A stretch of 64,000 nucleotides of DNA from a virus. The DNA is taken from positions 1 through 64,000 of the IMG/VR virus record IMGVR_UViG_3300045738_002140; one strand, written 5' to 3'. Every line of letters starts with the position of its first letter. Position 1 is the first letter of the stretch. The position numbers and the translations under genes were made by a program. Of the stretch, positions 61,212 through 64,000 are shown in pieces. Under the pieces are notes generated by a model. The model was not told where the DNA came from. It saw only the letters and a list, made by a program, of their open reading frames with translations, and did not search any database.

Positions 61212-62222
61212 TTAGAAGTCATCTTCTAGGCTCCCTGAACTTTGATAGTCTTTTACTTTTCTTTCGAAAAAGTTGGTCATGGCCGTGGTGTCAACAACCT
61301 CGGACAACCAAGGGAATGGATTCTGGTCACTGTCAAATCGGAAATCAATACCTATGCCTTCAAGTCTCCTGTTACCGATATACTTCATGTAGTCCACAAA
61401 CATATCCGCGTTTAAGCCTAGGATTCCTCTCGGCAGAACGTCATGGGCGTATTGAATTTCGAGGTCTACGGCTTTTTTAATGTGTTCGACCGTTTCTTCT
61501 TCGAACTTCTTTGTCCACACCGATGGGTATTGTTTTTTTATTGTGTTAATTAGGTATGTCCCGAACTGTATGTGGAGGGTCTCGTCCCTTAGGGTATATC
61601 TAATCTGGTCTGAAAGTCCCGGTAATTTGTTTTGTCTACCCAGAGCGAGTAGCATGGCAAATCCACTAAAGAAAAATGTGCCCTCGCAAACAATGTAATA
61701 GGTTATGAGGTTGCGAAGAAACTCCCTTTTGCCTTCTGTTGTTTTTGTGGAAAAATCTTGCCTGTTGACATCTGTCGTGATCTCTATCAAAAAGTCGTCC
61801 TTGGCTTTAATGCTTGGAATATTAAGGTACGCCTCGTAAACCTCCGAGACCTTTAGCCCGTAGCTGTCGCAACAGGTTACTATCGTCCAGTTATGAAGGG
61901 ATTCTTCGTATGCTTGCCTGAGTATATATTGACTGCACTCCGCGTCAGTTATCCACCTGTTGACTGTAAGTAATAGGTTGTTTCCTACTAGGGACTCCGT
62001 GCTGGCAAAGAAGCCCAAGCAGCGCCTGACTAGGAGTTTTTCGTCTTTTGTTAGGGCGTCTGATTTCCATTGGTCAACATCGTCGCTCATGTTAATCTCG
62101 GACGGAGCCCAACTGTTGGCTACGCCCTTTAGGAATAAGTCCCATGCAAATTTATGTTTGTGCGGAAGTATTTGGTTTACCCCTCCGATTTCTTCCCCTA
62201 GTAGTAGCCCTGTTTTGTTCAT
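61212..62222 (-). CDS. nrdB: Ribonucleotide reductase beta subunit, class Ic (R2c)-like
   Basis: VNQILPHK, W.P.EI....D, FFASTESLVGNN, EESLH, EGTFFFSGF, RDETLH, NPFPWL, NFFE. Confidence 0.92.
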   Translation of the reverse strand: MNKTGLLLGEEIGGVNQILPHKHKFAWDLFLKGVANSWAPSEINMSDDVDQWKSDALTKDEKLLVRRCLGFFASTESLVGNNLLLTVNRWITDAECSQYILRQAYEESLHNWTIVTCCDSYGLKVSEVYEAYLNIPSIKAKDDFLIEITTDVNRQDFSTKTTEGKREFLRNLITYYIVCEGTFFFSGFAMLLALGRQNKLPGLSDQIRYTLRDETLHIQFGTYLINTIKKQYPSVWTKKFEEETVEHIKKAVDLEIQYAHDVLPRGILGLNADMFVDYMKYIGNRRLEGIGIDFRFDSDQNPFPWLSEVVDTTAMTNFFERKVKDYQSSGSLEDDF

Positions 62223-64000
62223 TATTGACAACTCTCGCATGAAGGATCTTGTATATTGCAGGCCGCTGGTTCTCCGTCCTGTGTCGCTTGGGTGAATGAT
62301 TTTTCGATTTTGCTTGCGGCTTCTGTTCTTAAGTAGTATGTGCTCTTAAGTCCCCTGTTTCTGGCGTGAATATAAAGGTCGTTCAAGAGTTTAAGAGATG
62401 TCTTATTGTTAAACAGGTTTAAGCTTTGGCCCATATCTATCCATTTTTGTCTCGCTGCGGCACCGTCTATCAAAATAAATTGATCCTGATCAAACGCTAC
62501 CCTGTATTGTCTCTTAAGTCCCTCGGGTAGCTCTCCGTTTAGGTCTGCAACATTTCCGTCTACGGCCTTGATCATTTCTATAAGATTTTTTGACCAAATA
62601 TTTAGTTTCTTACATTCTTTCACGAACCACTCGTTTGTTATCGTCAGGTTTCCCGATTTGTTTTCGTAGACGAAAAGGACAGAAAAATCAGGCTCAACAG
62701 AAGGAGAGCAACCTTGAATGTAAGATATAGTAGCAGTAGGAGCGACAGCCATAGTGTTACTGTTACGCATACCGTAAATCCCAATATCATCCCGTAAACT
62801 TTTCCAATCCACCTCAGAAACATATTCTTTGCCCTTATGGATGATAGGCTGTTGGTCCAAATAATCCATAAGTTTTTTATATGTATCTATGGGAAGAGAG
62901 CCCTTGCTCCACTTGGAGCCTTCGTAGGTTTGGTATTTTCCTCTTTCCTTTGCTAGTCTGTTTGAATTTAAGATACAATGATATGAAATAAATTCATAAA
63001 GTTCATCTGAGAATCTAACCGCCTCCTTCGACGAGAAGTCTATTCCATATGAGTGGAAAACGTCTGCCCATCCCATCGTGCCTGCTCCGACGGGTCTGTG
63101 TTTGTTGTTGGCTTTTTCTGCTTCTTTTGTGGGGTAGAAGTTCAGGTCTATAACGTTATCTAGCATGCGCATTTGGGTAGCTATGCTTTTAGCTAAAAGC
63201 CTGAGGTCTAGCTTTCCGCTCTCTTTAAGGTGGCTCTTGAGGTTTATGGAGCTCAGGTTGCACACCGCTGTCTCTCCTATTTCGGTCTTTTCCCCGTGCT
63301 TATATTTAGAGGCCTTGGTGTGTAAAAAAATTTCTGTACAAAGATTTGAGCTATTTATTATTCCTTCGTGTGAGTTTGAGTACCTTATATTGGCGTTGTC
63401 CTTGAACGTCATCCACGGGTGCCCTGTTTCGTAAAGGGATCTTAACATCTTCTTCCACAAAGATTTAGCTTTTATTATCTTATGGTTTTTAATTTCCCCC
63501 TCTTCCGCTAGTCTGCAATAATCTTTATATTTTTCATCAAACTTATCGCCGTAGGTGCCGTGAAGATCCTTTACGTCATTTGGGCTAAAGAGGTACCAGT
63601 CTTCGTTTCTTTCTACTTTTTGCAAAAAAAGATTTGGAATCCAATTGGCCGTATTGATATCGTGACAGCGACGACGCTCTTCTCCAGTGTTCTTCTTTAA
63701 GTCTAAGAATTCCTCTATATCTAGGTGCCAAGTTTCAAGGTACGCACATCCTGCGCCGGGGCGTTTGCCGCCTTGGTTAACCGCGACTAGGAGATCGTTA
63801 AATATCTTAAGCCACGGAACAAGACCGCTTGAGGTCCCGTTTGTCCCCTTTATGTAGGACCCTGACGCTCTAAAATTAGAGACATCCAATCCTAATCCGC
63901 CCGCGAACTTGGATTTCCTAGCTTCTTGCCACGCCCCTTCGAAAATTCCATCTATTGAGTCGTCGAAAGTATTAAGGTAACAAGAAGAAAGCTGAGAGCG
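62222..64000 (-). CDS. nrdA: Ribonucleotide reductase class I alpha subunit (partial; 5' end beyond the window)
   Basis: Frame open to base 64000 (QLSSCYL); NQGGKRPGA, SSNLCTEI, VCNL, APTATIS, KSTYYLR, C-terminal CESCQ. Confidence 0.95.
   Translation of the reverse strand, partial: RSQLSSCYLNTFDDSIDGIFEGAWQEARKSKFAGGLGLDVSNFRASGSYIKGTNGTSSGLVPWLKIFNDLLVAVNQGGKRPGAGCAYLETWHLDIEEFLDLKKNTGEERRRCHDINTANWIPNLFLQKVERNEDWYLFSPNDVKDLHGTYGDKFDEKYKDYCRLAEEGEIKNHKIIKAKSLWKKMLRSLYETGHPWMTFKDNANIRYSNSHEGIINSSNLCTEIFLHTKASKYKHGEKTEIGETAVCNLSSINLKSHLKESGKLDLRLLAKSIATQMRMLDNVIDLNFYPTKEAEKANNKHRPVGAGTMGWADVFHSYGIDFSSKEAVRFSDELYEFISYHCILNSNRLAKERGKYQTYEGSKWSKGSLPIDTYKKLMDYLDQQPIIHKGKEYVSEVDWKSLRDDIGIYGMRNSNTMAVAPTATISYIQGCSPSVEPDFSVLFVYENKSGNLTITNEWFVKECKKLNIWSKNLIEMIKAVDGNVADLNGELPEGLKRQYRVAFDQDQFILIDGAAARQKWIDMGQSLNLFNNKTSLKLLNDLYIHARNRGLKSTYYLRTEAASKIEKSFTQATQDGEPAACNIQDPSCESCQ

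Noticed and set aside
1-64000. Stop-codon reassignment
   Set aside because: Genes are full length and densely packed in the standard code; TAA, TAG and TGA all end conserved proteins at the expected places; no suppressor tRNA seen

Overview
This window is part of a large, AT-rich, tailed dsDNA bacteriophage genome (siphovirus-like, probably jumbo-sized) read in the standard code. 1-29.2 kb is the tail region. It holds a 3611-aa tape measure protein (TMP), a lambda-like tail-tip module (2x gpM, gpL, gpK, gpI, gpJ) on the opposite strand, and IPT/Ig-like, Ser/Thr-Gly-rich fibre proteins. 29.2-64 kb is essentially all minus strand. It encodes a replication/recombination set (three-piece DnaE: PHP + DEDDh exonuclease + core; primase; DnaB; RecA; SSB-like and annealing proteins; class Ic-type ribonucleotide reductase), a tmRNA and two tRNAs. 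It also carries most of a large glycan-building toolkit: about 10 glycosyltransferase-like genes in the window (one sits among the tail genes), Gmd, ColD-like and DegT enzymes, an oxidoreductase, an ATP-grasp ligase, an HldE-type kinase, two nucleotidyltransferases and a PLP decarboxylase. The most notable observations are: (1) a tmRNA whose predicted tag is 35 aa and ends in -LVE instead of an -AA degron; (2) tRNAs that share single nucleotides with the neighbouring start/stop codons; (3) a TMP divided by ASGGFIPNFA repeats that flank a PD-(D/E)xK-like segment; (4) a probable virion- or host-surface glycosylation system with a split GT9; (5) two promoter classes, leaderless sigma70-like and GTGTAA...AAGGAAAAAGGA. 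All protein calls come from motif recognition by eye; no database searches were run.
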